Positions 21,407-30,532 of a stretch of 64,000 bases of DNA are shown in pieces. The stretch is from NCBI GenBank assembly GCA_963666285.1, contig OY762711.1; one strand, 5' to 3'. The first letter of the stretch is position 1. Each line of letters opens with the position of its first letter. The notes beneath the pieces were generated by a model. That model saw nothing but the letters and a program-made list of their open reading frames with translations, searched no databases and was not told the DNA's origin. A program made the translations under genes and the position numbers. The DNA comes from Sedimentisphaerales bacterium. GTDB taxonomy: Bacteria; Planctomycetota; Phycisphaerae; Sedimentisphaerales; SM23-30.

Positions 21407-22036
21407 TTATCTTTTTCTTCTTTTAATTATCCCGATGGTTCCAATTACTACCATTGATATAATAGAAGGTTCTGGCACAATACTAGTAATATTTGCTGAA
21501 ATTTGAAAATATGATGAATACTCTTTACCGTAAAGATAAAGATTGTTTCCTTGATAGTTTTCTAAATCAGGAATAAACAGTTCTGTATTGTCTGCTGGTT
21601 CTATAGCACTCCATAGTTTCAAACTGAAATCAAATAGTGTAGGTAATGAAAAATCGTCACAGGCCCACGTATTACTGCCAGCTGTAAAAGTTCCAGATGG
21701 ACCAATTATTATCCTGAAATCTACATTTGAAGGGTCACTTTCAATTAAAACATAATCATTTTCATCGTTTGGATTAATGAATTTAACTGCCATACCATAT
21801 GGAGCACTATCATACTGGTAAATTGCGTTATTAGTATTAGGGTTTATTATTGGAGAAACATCAGAATCATATACATAACACCCTTCTATTATAGCCCCCT
21901 CGGCAACATAGTCTGGAAAAGGAGAATTTAGGTCATTGATGTGAGTGATCTCAGCTTCAAACTCAACTGTAATAATTCCGGCATTCACAAAACTTGTTAA
22001 AATCAAAATATTTAGAAGTAAAAATATCCTTTTCAT
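21407..22036 (-). CDS. PEP-CTERM protein (array copy 1)
   Basis: Signal peptide; VPEPSIISMVVIGTIGIIKRRKR. Confidence 0.85.
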   Translation of the reverse strand: MKRIFLLLNILILTSFVNAGIITVEFEAEITHINDLNSPFPDYVAEGAIIEGCYVYDSDVSPIINPNTNNAIYQYDSAPYGMAVKFINPNDENDYVLIESDPSNVDFRIIIGPSGTFTAGSNTWACDDFSLPTLFDFSLKLWSAIEPADNTELFIPDLENYQGNNLYLYGKEYSSYFQISANITSIVPEPSIISMVVIGTIGIIKRRKR

Positions 22037-22221
22037 AACAAATAAACCCTTCTGGTTTTTTAACCATAATATAATTATAAGTTCCCTACGTTAACATTAG
22101 TTTTGATGAAATCAGGCCGAAAAACAAAACGCTTAACATACTATTATAATTTACCAATTTAAGAAGTCTTATACAAGAACAAAGTTGATGATATATTGCC
22201 GGTTTTAATGCTATTTAGCAC

Positions 22222-22251
22222 ATTAAACTTCCACACGGTTATTGTTGTCAA
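22222..22251 (-). promoter_or_regulatory. Candidate sigma70 promoter for the PEP-CTERM/RCC1 operon
   Basis: Minus strand TTGACA-N18-TTTAAT, about 185 nt upstream of 22036. Confidence 0.35.
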
Positions 22252-22420
22252 GCAACCTAATGACCAATTCAAAAGTGATTTGCACGTCTGTATATGTGTA
22301 AAGAAAGAATGAGTTCTCATTATTTGTACTAAAATTTCGTTTTTTCGGGAAAAAACCGCTTCTTTTTCATATTATTAAGTATAAACACAGACTATAGAAT
22401 TGTTTTTTCAAGGAGCCAAA

Positions 22421-24832
22421 ATGCAGAAAAATCCATTATTGCCCGTTCGCATATTTACTGCCTTACTAATCATCCTGTTAGCCTTTGTATCTACGGCACT
22501 TACAGCGATACCGCTTCCGCCGGAACCAAACCCCATCGGCCAGGACCAGCCCGAATTCAGCTCTGTCGACGGCATGTTCACTTTCGACGGCAAGCCCGCG
22601 GTCATTATCTCCGGTTCGGTACATTACCCGCGTGTACCGCGTGATTATTGGGCCGATCGAATCCAGAAGGCAAAGGCCATGGGTTTCAACTGCATTGCAA
22701 CTTACCTGTTCTGGAACGCTCACGAGCCGCAGACCGGCAAGTTTGATTTCTCCGGCAATCTCGATGTGGCCGAGTTTGCCCGCGAATGCCAGCGGCAGGG
22801 CATGTGGCTTATCGTAAGGCCCGGACCGTATATCTGCTCGGAATGGGATTTCGGCGGACTGCCCGCCTGGCTGCTAAAAGATCCGGATATCAATATTCGT
22901 TCTAACGATCCGAAATTCCTCGATATTACCGCTCGTTATATCAGCGAAGTTGGCAAACAGCTCAAAGACCTGCAGATCAACCACGGCGGACCGATCATCC
23001 AGGTTCAGGTCGAAAACGAATATGGCCAGTTCGGCAGACCGGATAATGCCGAAGATTCTGCCTATAACTATGCTATCTACCAACAGCTAAAAGATTCTGG
23101 ATTCGATACGATGTTCATCCGATGTGACTGGGCGGTTAAACGTACTATTCGCACAGCTTATATTGATGGCGTATATACCACTATGAACTTTGGCGGTGGT
23201 GCACGAGATGCATTTAAATTCTTTGAACAGGAATATCCCGGTCAGCCGAAGATGAGCGGCGAGTTCTGGGTCGGCTGGTTTGACCATTGGGGTGCCAGGC
23301 ACAATACCAGGCCGCTTGAACCTTTCATCAAGCAGGTTGACTGGATGCTCAGCGAAAATATTTCTTTCAATATCTATATGCTGCACGGCGGCACAAACTT
23401 CGGGTTCTCATCCGGTGCCAACTGGTCCGGCCAGTATAGTGCCGATACTACCAGCTACGATTATGATTCGCCGATGGATGAAACCGGCAAGATCAATCAG
23501 AAATTCTTTATGTTCCGTGATACAATCAAAAAGTATCTGCCCGCGGGCCATATTCTGCCCGAACCGCCTGCCCAGGTCAAAAAGATTGATATCCACGAGT
23601 TCACGCTCACCCAAACCGCCGGCTTCGACCAGCTACGCAGGAAACCGTATAAATCTGATAAGCCGACATATCTGGAGGCTATCGATCAGCTCCAGGGACT
23701 GGCTATTTACAGTACAACCGTTGATATGCCGGAAGCCGGTAATTATTTCATAAATTTCGAGCGGCTCAATGATCGGGCTATCATTATTGCTAACGGCAAA
23801 CGCATTGCTACCCTTGACCGCCGCATGAAACAGACTCGCACCCGCATTAAACTTCCAGCCGGTAAAGTCAAGCTTGATATCCTGCTCGAGAATATGGGCC
23901 ATCTCAACTACTCGCGTGAGATGATGCGCGACCGCAAAGGTATTGATGGTGTCACTCTTGACGGCAAAGAGCTTACCGGCTGGCAGATATATAGTTTCCC
24001 GCTCACTTTGGATGATATTGCGGGGCTGAACTTCAACCTGAAAAAAATGCCTGACCCGGCACTGCCGGTTTTCTATCGTGGCGAATTCGCTGTCAATGAA
24101 ATCGGTGATACTATGCTCGATATGACAGGCTGGGGCAAAGGTATGGTCTGGGTCAACGGCATAAACCTTGGCAGATTCTGGGATATTGGCCCGCAATATA
24201 CATTATATATGCCCGGTTGCTGGCTCAGGCAGGGCAAAAACGAAATTGTCGTGATGGATATCGAGCCGACCGGCCATAATACCATTCGCGGCGTGAAAGA
24301 ACATATATGGGGGCTGAAAATCGACAGCAATCTCAAGCGTCATCGCAAGCAGGGCGAAACTATACGGCTTAGCCCTGATGATATTATCGCATCCGGCAGC
24401 TTTACTCCCGGCGATAGCATCCAGGAAGTTAGCTTTGCCAAACCCGTCAAAGCCCGTTATCTCTGTATTGAGTCGCTCAACTCTCTTAGCGGTGATAACT
24501 ACGCCAGTATCGCTGAGATTTACCTGATCAATGCCAAAGGTCAGCGTATCGATCGCAATAGCTGGTCGGTTATCTATGCCGATAGTGAAGAGCTGGTCGG
24601 CGAACCGGCCGGGGCCGACAATATTATTGATGAACAGCCCGTGACCATCTGGCATTCACAATGGCAGGATGGTAAACCAAACCATCCGCACCAGATAGTT
24701 CTCGATCTGGGCAAAATAACCGAATTCTCCGCTTTGCATTATCTGCCCAGAAATGGCAGTGCCCCCGGCAAAATCAAGGACTATAATATATATGGCAGCA
24801 ACAAGCTGTTCAGCGGTTTGAAAGTTGATTAG
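22421..24832 (+). CDS. Secreted GH35 beta-galactosidase with C-terminal F5/8 type C (CBM32-like) domain
   Basis: AGGAG RBS before ATG 22421; SGSVHYPR, RPGPYICSEW, QVENEYG, EFWVGWFDHWG, YMLHGGTNFG, TSYDYD; discoidin-like TIWHSQW...HPHQIVLDLG. Confidence 0.9.
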   Translation: MQKNPLLPVRIFTALLIILLAFVSTALTAIPLPPEPNPIGQDQPEFSSVDGMFTFDGKPAVIISGSVHYPRVPRDYWADRIQKAKAMGFNCIATYLFWNAHEPQTGKFDFSGNLDVAEFARECQRQGMWLIVRPGPYICSEWDFGGLPAWLLKDPDINIRSNDPKFLDITARYISEVGKQLKDLQINHGGPIIQVQVENEYGQFGRPDNAEDSAYNYAIYQQLKDSGFDTMFIRCDWAVKRTIRTAYIDGVYTTMNFGGGARDAFKFFEQEYPGQPKMSGEFWVGWFDHWGARHNTRPLEPFIKQVDWMLSENISFNIYMLHGGTNFGFSSGANWSGQYSADTTSYDYDSPMDETGKINQKFFMFRDTIKKYLPAGHILPEPPAQVKKIDIHEFTLTQTAGFDQLRRKPYKSDKPTYLEAIDQLQGLAIYSTTVDMPEAGNYFINFERLNDRAIIIANGKRIATLDRRMKQTRTRIKLPAGKVKLDILLENMGHLNYSREMMRDRKGIDGVTLDGKELTGWQIYSFPLTLDDIAGLNFNLKKMPDPALPVFYRGEFAVNEIGDTMLDMTGWGKGMVWVNGINLGRFWDIGPQYTLYMPGCWLRQGKNEIVVMDIEPTGHNTIRGVKEHIWGLKIDSNLKRHRKQGETIRLSPDDIIASGSFTPGDSIQEVSFAKPVKARYLCIESLNSLSGDNYASIAEIYLINAKGQRIDRNSWSVIYADSEELVGEPAGADNIIDEQPVTIWHSQWQDGKPNHPHQIVLDLGKITEFSALHYLPRNGSAPGKIKDYNIYGSNKLFSGLKVD

Positions 24833-24862
24833 ATATGTAATGTGAAATAATGTTGCTTTCCC

Positions 24863-24896
24863 AGGCTCCCTTCGCTTCGGCAGGGGAGCCTTTTTT
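24863..24896 (+). terminator. Intrinsic terminator
   Basis: AGGCTCCC...GGGAGCCT followed by T run. Confidence 0.8.
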
Positions 24897-25107
24897 GATA
24901 TTATTTATAGATTTATCTCTGGATTATACTGATCTCAAATATTGCTAAAATGTAAACAGGTTTATGGGATAGGTATATTTTGTTCTGGTTAAAAAGTTCA
25001 ACTTGAAATATACCTAAACATCTATTACTATTCAATTAGTAGTATTATAATTTTATTATACTGTTGTACTGGAATATTAATTGAAAACAGTTGGTTAGGA
25101 CATATTG

Positions 25108-25617
25108 ATGATTAATGTGAATTTTAAAGTAGGAGATATTATTGAAGAAGTTACAGATGGTCTTGTTTGTTCCGGAAATGTTCAGTTGAATATGTCTGGA
25201 GGGATTAATGGTGAGTTACTTCTTCGAGGTGGGAATAATATGCAAGTACAACTTCATCAAAAGCTCAAAGATCTTTCTAAGAATTTCGTTGAGCCAGGGT
25301 TTGCTATGCGGATTGGGCCTGAACCATTTCATTTTAAAACTATTGTATATACTGTTGCTATTGATGGTTTTTATGATTCTTCGGTTGAACTTGTCGAGAA
25401 AGCTTTAATAAATGCTTTGTCTATAATTGAACAGGATTGTTGTTCAACTGTTAGCATTCCTGCTCTTGCAACAGGATATGGACCATTGTCGTATCAGGAT
25501 TTTGGAATTGCATTAAAAAGATGTCTTGAAGTAAAAAATTGGAACTTTACTGAAATTAAAGTTGTTTTGAAAGATCAAAGCGTAATGGAAGAAGTCAGGC
25601 AGGGGTATAAATCATAG
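25108..25617 (+). CDS. Stand-alone macro domain (ADP-ribose-binding/processing) protein
   Basis: GDI...DGLVCSGNVQLNMSGGING and SIPALATGYG match macro-domain motifs; alternative TTG start at 25105. Confidence 0.75.
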   Translation: MINVNFKVGDIIEEVTDGLVCSGNVQLNMSGGINGELLLRGGNNMQVQLHQKLKDLSKNFVEPGFAMRIGPEPFHFKTIVYTVAIDGFYDSSVELVEKALINALSIIEQDCCSTVSIPALATGYGPLSYQDFGIALKRCLEVKNWNFTEIKVVLKDQSVMEEVRQGYKS

Positions 25618-26043
25618 TGTTGTATTTGGCATAATCTCCATTGTCAGGCAATAGTCTCTGTATCCAACTGCCCGCCAGAATTCAACTGCTGCGGTATTAG
25701 CTGTGAGTACTTCAACGACCATGCGTTTGTTGCCGGACCATATCTCTTTTCGCAGTATATCTATAGCTTTCCGGCCAATGCCTTTCCTGCGATTATCTCT
25801 GCATACGTATAAATGACGCAGGTATATCTCTGTTGGATTCTCCCGAAATAGTGCATAGGCAACCGGCTTTCCTTCGACATAAAACAAAACCGCACGATAC
25901 ATCTTCGACCGCAGCCAGCCTCCCATTCTTTCCCGCAGTTGCCGCACGGTCATCTTATTGCGATGGCCTTCATCCTGGATCAATTGATGATTCCACTCTC
26001 CCAGCAGATCAAAATCTATTTTATCAGCAAATTTATATTCCAT
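25612..26043 (-). CDS. GNAT family N-acetyltransferase
   Basis: LYVCRDNRRKGIGR acetyl-CoA motif A; NTAAVEFWRAVGY. Confidence 0.85.
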   Translation of the reverse strand: MEYKFADKIDFDLLGEWNHQLIQDEGHRNKMTVRQLRERMGGWLRSKMYRAVLFYVEGKPVAYALFRENPTEIYLRHLYVCRDNRRKGIGRKAIDILRKEIWSGNKRMVVEVLTANTAAVEFWRAVGYRDYCLTMEIMPNTTL

Positions 26044-26122
26044 ATACGAGTTGGATAATATGATATCAGGATATTGTCAGTACAAAAAACTCCTTGCTTC
26101 TCGCTTCTTTCTTCTCGCTTTT

Positions 26123-27049
26123 TTATTCTACCGCTCGTGAACGTATCTTATTGCGGTATTGCTTCGGTGTACATTTGAACTTTTTCTTGAATAGTCGATG
26201 GAAGAAATACACATTACCATAGCCGACCCTGCGGGATATCTCGTTACAGTTTAGCTCTGTCGAACGCAATAGTACCTGTGCTGCCTGCAAACGCAACGTC
26301 TGCTGGTACGATACCGGGGTTACCCCGTATACTTCCTTAAAGATACGGAACAAATAGCCCTTTGAAACACAGCACTGCTTGGCGAGCTGTTCGGTGGTAA
26401 TGTGCTGGTTATAATTTTTCTCGATATATTCTTTAACGCGTACCGCTCGCTGGTCAAAGTTCGCTTCCTGTTCTGCATCAACGCATTGTGCCGAACTGGT
26501 AACTATATTCTCAAATATCTTTGCCATACGAAGCTGCACGTAAAACATTGATAAGGGGCGAATATTCTCCAGGTAATCTGTTATGTCAACTATTGCCATA
26601 TACACGGCCTGGGCGGCTTCTTTAGACAGTTGCAGCTGGTGTTCGATTTCGATTTCAACTCCGGTAAACGCTCCCAGCAGCTTATTAAACGGTTGGACAA
26701 ATGAAGTACCGTCTTTGCTTTCCATCGCAAAAGTTATTTCTGAATATACCGAGTTGCCGCGATGTGTTACCAGGTCATGTTTCTGGCCCGGGGAGATAAT
26801 TACCAGTGAATTTTCAGGCGCATCAAAAGTCTTTCCCTCAAGGGAATAGCCGCCTTGCTTTGTATATAAGTTCAGGTGGTATAAATCGTGGGCATGCTCT
26901 TTAAATGTGAATGTTTCCCCATATGCCCGGTCCTGGTTGATCGCAGTATGAAGAATCATAGGCGAATATGTCTTATTATCCTGAGCTACAGTAAGAACCT
27001 GTGGCCCGGTATGCTCTTTTTTTATTTGTACATAGCGGAACATATTCAT
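26123..27049 (-). CDS. AraC family transcriptional regulator
   Basis: N-terminal cupin (HAHDLYHL); C-terminal double HTH (YLFRIFKEVYG...VGYGNVYFFHRLFKK...TPKQYR). Confidence 0.9.
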   Translation of the reverse strand: MNMFRYVQIKKEHTGPQVLTVAQDNKTYSPMILHTAINQDRAYGETFTFKEHAHDLYHLNLYTKQGGYSLEGKTFDAPENSLVIISPGQKHDLVTHRGNSVYSEITFAMESKDGTSFVQPFNKLLGAFTGVEIEIEHQLQLSKEAAQAVYMAIVDITDYLENIRPLSMFYVQLRMAKIFENIVTSSAQCVDAEQEANFDQRAVRVKEYIEKNYNQHITTEQLAKQCCVSKGYLFRIFKEVYGVTPVSYQQTLRLQAAQVLLRSTELNCNEISRRVGYGNVYFFHRLFKKKFKCTPKQYRNKIRSRAVE

Positions 27050-27299
27050 AAAATTGACATTCTAAGGCTTAATAAAGTTTGAAATTCGTATCTCCTACAA
27101 CAGTACTATTGTACAACTATGGTATGTGGTAAAAAAGAAAAATTTTGAAAAATTTACTAATACTAATGTTAATAGTGTTAAAATAAAGGAGTTATGAGCT
27201 TTGTTTGTTAACTTTTGCACTATAGTGTTTTGATTGTTTGTGGAGTATTTGTGATTATACTGTAATAACTTATGGAATTATTTCTAATTGGAGTGACAT

Positions 27300-28151
27300 A
27301 TGAAAAAGAATGTATTGCTGTTTTTTGTATTTTTCTCGTTTTTTGCTGCTGCTCAGCTTGTTTTTGCCGCTGATAACCAGCAGGTTAGCTACAAAATCGA
27401 TAGCAACTTGCTATACAGGTCTCAGGAAGTGGCCGAAAAAGATGACTATATCAAGCAACGATGTCGGCTGGATGTGTATTATCCGGAAAATCGCAAGGGG
27501 TTCGCTACTGTAGTCTGGTTCCATGGCGGCGGGCTCGAAGGCGGCGAACGCTTTATCCCGGAAGAGTTCAAGAACAGGGGGATTGCTGTTGTACCTGTAA
27601 ACTACCGGCTCAGCCCAAAAGTTTCCAGTCCGGCATTTATCGATGATGCCGCAGCTGCTACCGCATGGGTGTTCAAGAATATTGAAAAATATGGCGGTAA
27701 TCCGGATCTTATTTTTGTATCCGGCCATTCTGCAGGTGGTTACCTCACTAGTATGATAGGCATGGATAAGCACTGGCTGGCTCAATATGATGTTGATGCC
27801 GATAAAATTGCTGGACTTATACCTTTCAGTGGGCATACCATTACGCATTTCACTATCCGCAAAGAACGGGGAATCCCGGGTACCCAGCCGATTATCGACC
27901 AGTTTGCTCCGCTATACCATGTCAGGGACAATGCTCCGCCACTTGCTCTAATTACCGGTGACCGTGAGCTGGAAATGTTGGGCCGATATGAGGAAAATGC
28001 CTATATGTACAGGATGATGAAAGTCGTTGGCCATAAAAATACCACTATTTATGAATTAGATGGCTTTGACCATGGCGGCATGATGAGCCCGGCATGTTCC
28101 ATTGCGCTTAGATTTATCGATAGAATAGTTCAAAACGCAAAAAATAATTGA
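27300..28151 (+). CDS. Secreted alpha/beta hydrolase (HSL-like esterase)
   Basis: Signal peptide; WFHGGG oxyanion motif, GHSAG nucleophile, C-terminal DHG. Confidence 0.85.
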   Translation: MKKNVLLFFVFFSFFAAAQLVFAADNQQVSYKIDSNLLYRSQEVAEKDDYIKQRCRLDVYYPENRKGFATVVWFHGGGLEGGERFIPEEFKNRGIAVVPVNYRLSPKVSSPAFIDDAAAATAWVFKNIEKYGGNPDLIFVSGHSAGGYLTSMIGMDKHWLAQYDVDADKIAGLIPFSGHTITHFTIRKERGIPGTQPIIDQFAPLYHVRDNAPPLALITGDRELEMLGRYEENAYMYRMMKVVGHKNTTIYELDGFDHGGMMSPACSIALRFIDRIVQNAKNN

Positions 28152-28175
28152 CAAAATCCCTTTTTTTGCTATAAT
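28148..28175 (+). promoter_or_regulatory. Consensus sigma70 promoter with extended -10
   Basis: TTGACA-N16-TATAAT with TG at the extended -10 position. Confidence 0.75.
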
Positions 28176-28232
28176 ATCCGATCTTTAGTTGTAAGTGAAT
28201 TTGTAAATATTTATATACAGGAGATTTAGGAC

Positions 28233-28466
28233 ATGGGCCAGAGACGCGACAGATTCGACGCCAGGTTGGCAAACCAGATTTCTACCAGGCGTGAAAATTC
28301 TCTGAAAAAAGATAATGAGCGTATCCGTAAAACTGAACTTAACACCAAGTTGATCAAGGAAGGTGCTTTTCCATACACTCCTGCTTTGATGAGCTGGCTT
28401 AGTGCTGAGATGGGCAAAAAAGCATCTCAGATTACAGAAGCTGATGTAAAAGCTTTTGTTAGCTAA
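28233..28466 (+). CDS. Small basic hypothetical protein
   Basis: 77 aa, Arg/Lys-rich; own consensus promoter, AGGAG RBS and terminator. Confidence 0.75.
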   Translation: MGQRRDRFDARLANQISTRRENSLKKDNERIRKTELNTKLIKEGAFPYTPALMSWLSAEMGKKASQITEADVKAFVS

Positions 28467-28500
28467 TTTATTGCTCTATCACAAATATATGTTTATCATT

Positions 28501-28536
28501 AAAGCCAGACAGCGCAAGTTCGTCTGGCTTTTTTTT
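28501..28536 (+). terminator. Intrinsic terminator
   Basis: AAAGCCAGAC...GTCTGGCTTT followed by T run. Confidence 0.85.
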
Positions 28537-28608
28537 CTGAAAATATGATTTTGTTGATAAATCTTATCTGGAGAGATATTCTGTCTTGGGCAGAATATCA
28601 GTTTTGTT

Positions 28609-30480
28609 ATGAAAAAGGATATGAATTATATTTTGAGTGGTGCATTTGAGCATGCCGGCATGGCTATCCTGGTATTTGGCCCTGGTAATACAATTATACT
28701 TGCAAATGCCAAAGCCGGTGATATGCTTGGAGTCAATCCTGATGAGATTGACGGTGACATTTTCGGTGACCTCATCGAAGATCCGGATTCCATTCTCTGG
28801 AACGAGCTTCAGGAAAATTGTTTGGCCGGTCCTTATACCATTGATACTATCATCAGGCTTAGTGCCGGTAAAAAAATGGCTGTTCGTATCCAGGCTGTAT
28901 CTGTCTCTGATAATGTTTATTTATACATTTCCGATAATTCTGAACTTGAATGGAGTCGGCAGGAACTGCTGCTCACAAATGAACAGCTGGAAAGAAATCA
29001 GAGAATGGCGCGGGAAAAAGAAAATTATCTCCGTGCTATTTTTCGTGCCTCTGGTACCGGCATTGCCCTGTTAAATCTCAATGGAAATACTATCGAGTGT
29101 AACAGCTTCTACCAGACCCTCGCCGGTAGGACTATCGATCAATTGCGTTCGCAGTCTTTCAGTACATACGTTCATCCGGATGATCGAAGAGGGTCGCTGG
29201 CTATTTTTACTGATCTCGCCTCTGGTAAATGTTCTCACTATCAGCTTGAACATCGCCAGCTGCATAATGACGGTAGTTATGTCTGGGTAAAGGTCTCTGC
29301 TTCTCTTATTCGTTCTGATGCCGGGGTGCCGGATTTCGCCTTGTTTATCCTGGAAGATATTACCGAGCAGAAGGAAGCTGAACTGTCATTCCAGCAGAGT
29401 GAACTGAAGTATCGTACCCTGTTCCAGAGTATGCTTGATGGTTTCTGCTGCCATCGGGTTGTGCGAAATGAGGAAGATAAAGTTATCGATTACGAGTTTA
29501 CCGAGATAAACGATTCTTTTGCTGAAATACTCGGACTGGAACGTAAGGATATTATTGGTGAAAAAATTACTTCTGTTCTAAGTAACTCTCGATTTACTCT
29601 TGAATGGAGCAAATTATATCGACGTGTCGATGAATGCAAGATACACATTCGCCATGATATTTTTGCCTACGAAATTGAAAAATGGTTCTCGGTTCTTGCC
29701 TATAGCCCGGAACCGGATTATTTTGTTACTTTCATCGAAGATATTACCGAACGTCGCCAGATTGAAGAAGAGATTCGGGTCTTTGCTACCGAGCTTGAAT
29801 GCAGCAACAGGGAACTGGAGCATTTTGTCAATCGGGCCAGTGGAGAACTTACTTCAAGGCTTTCTCTTATTTCTGAGGGGCTCGATAGTCTGGATTTCTG
29901 CTGTGGTGATATGACTGACCAGGGACGCGATACCCTGCAGGACATTCAAACCCATTGCAACAGTCTGCAGGGAATGCTCGATGGTTTGCTTGTCTATTCC
30001 AGGATGGTTTATCGCGGTAACCCGTTTGAGCCGGTTGATCTTAACCTGGCTGTCGAAGATATGGAAAAAATATTTGCCGGTAGTATTGCCCGAGGAAGTA
30101 TCATAGTTGAAAAGTCGCTTTTGCCGACTGTTGAAGCCGATGCACAGCAGATGAATCTTTTATTCGAAAAAATTATCGACTGGATGCTGCTATTCAAAAT
30201 GGATGATGAACTTAATGTTAATATCTCCAGTATTCAGTCCGGCAAAAACTGGGATGTTACTGTTGTCGGTTGCAGGATTGATATACCCGACCAGATAGCT
30301 AAAATTATTTTCGATGTGTTCCGTTCTTTCGAATATAATGGCAAAACTTATAGTACCGGTATCCATCTTCCGTTATGTAAAAAGATTATGGAACGGCATT
30401 GCGGCCAGATAGCCCTTAGTGCCAGGGACAACAATCAATGTGTGTTCCATCTGACTTTCCCAATTCCTACTATTGATTAA
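28609..30480 (+). CDS. Multi-PAS histidine-kinase-like protein with degenerate H-box and ATP-binding boxes
   Basis: 3 PAS domains, then ELEHFVNRASGEL (no His), EKIIDW in place of the N-box, GCRIDI in place of DxGxG, STGIHLPLCKKI. Confidence 0.75.
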   Translation: MKKDMNYILSGAFEHAGMAILVFGPGNTIILANAKAGDMLGVNPDEIDGDIFGDLIEDPDSILWNELQENCLAGPYTIDTIIRLSAGKKMAVRIQAVSVSDNVYLYISDNSELEWSRQELLLTNEQLERNQRMAREKENYLRAIFRASGTGIALLNLNGNTIECNSFYQTLAGRTIDQLRSQSFSTYVHPDDRRGSLAIFTDLASGKCSHYQLEHRQLHNDGSYVWVKVSASLIRSDAGVPDFALFILEDITEQKEAELSFQQSELKYRTLFQSMLDGFCCHRVVRNEEDKVIDYEFTEINDSFAEILGLERKDIIGEKITSVLSNSRFTLEWSKLYRRVDECKIHIRHDIFAYEIEKWFSVLAYSPEPDYFVTFIEDITERRQIEEEIRVFATELECSNRELEHFVNRASGELTSRLSLISEGLDSLDFCCGDMTDQGRDTLQDIQTHCNSLQGMLDGLLVYSRMVYRGNPFEPVDLNLAVEDMEKIFAGSIARGSIIVEKSLLPTVEADAQQMNLLFEKIIDWMLLFKMDDELNVNISSIQSGKNWDVTVVGCRIDIPDQIAKIIFDVFRSFEYNGKTYSTGIHLPLCKKIMERHCGQIALSARDNNQCVFHLTFPIPTID

Positions 30481-30532
30481 GTGTTAATCTAAGTCCCGCT
30501 AATTTCCACTCTTAACTTGTATAGACTATCTT

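Larger units (their letters stand above)
19899..21433. repeat. Direct repeats joining the PEP-CTERM genes
   Basis: About 19899-20093 matches 21239-21433 (offset 1340, one mismatch seen); a third ~120 bp copy at about 20632-20750; identical 19-nt spacers at 20048-20066, 20721-20739 and 21388-21406. Confidence 0.9.

Noticed and set aside
19406..22036. PEP-CTERM array as a CRISPR array or DGR
   Set aside because: Repeats are over 100 bp and coding with ~670 bp period; no cas genes or reverse transcriptase; differences include indels and all bases
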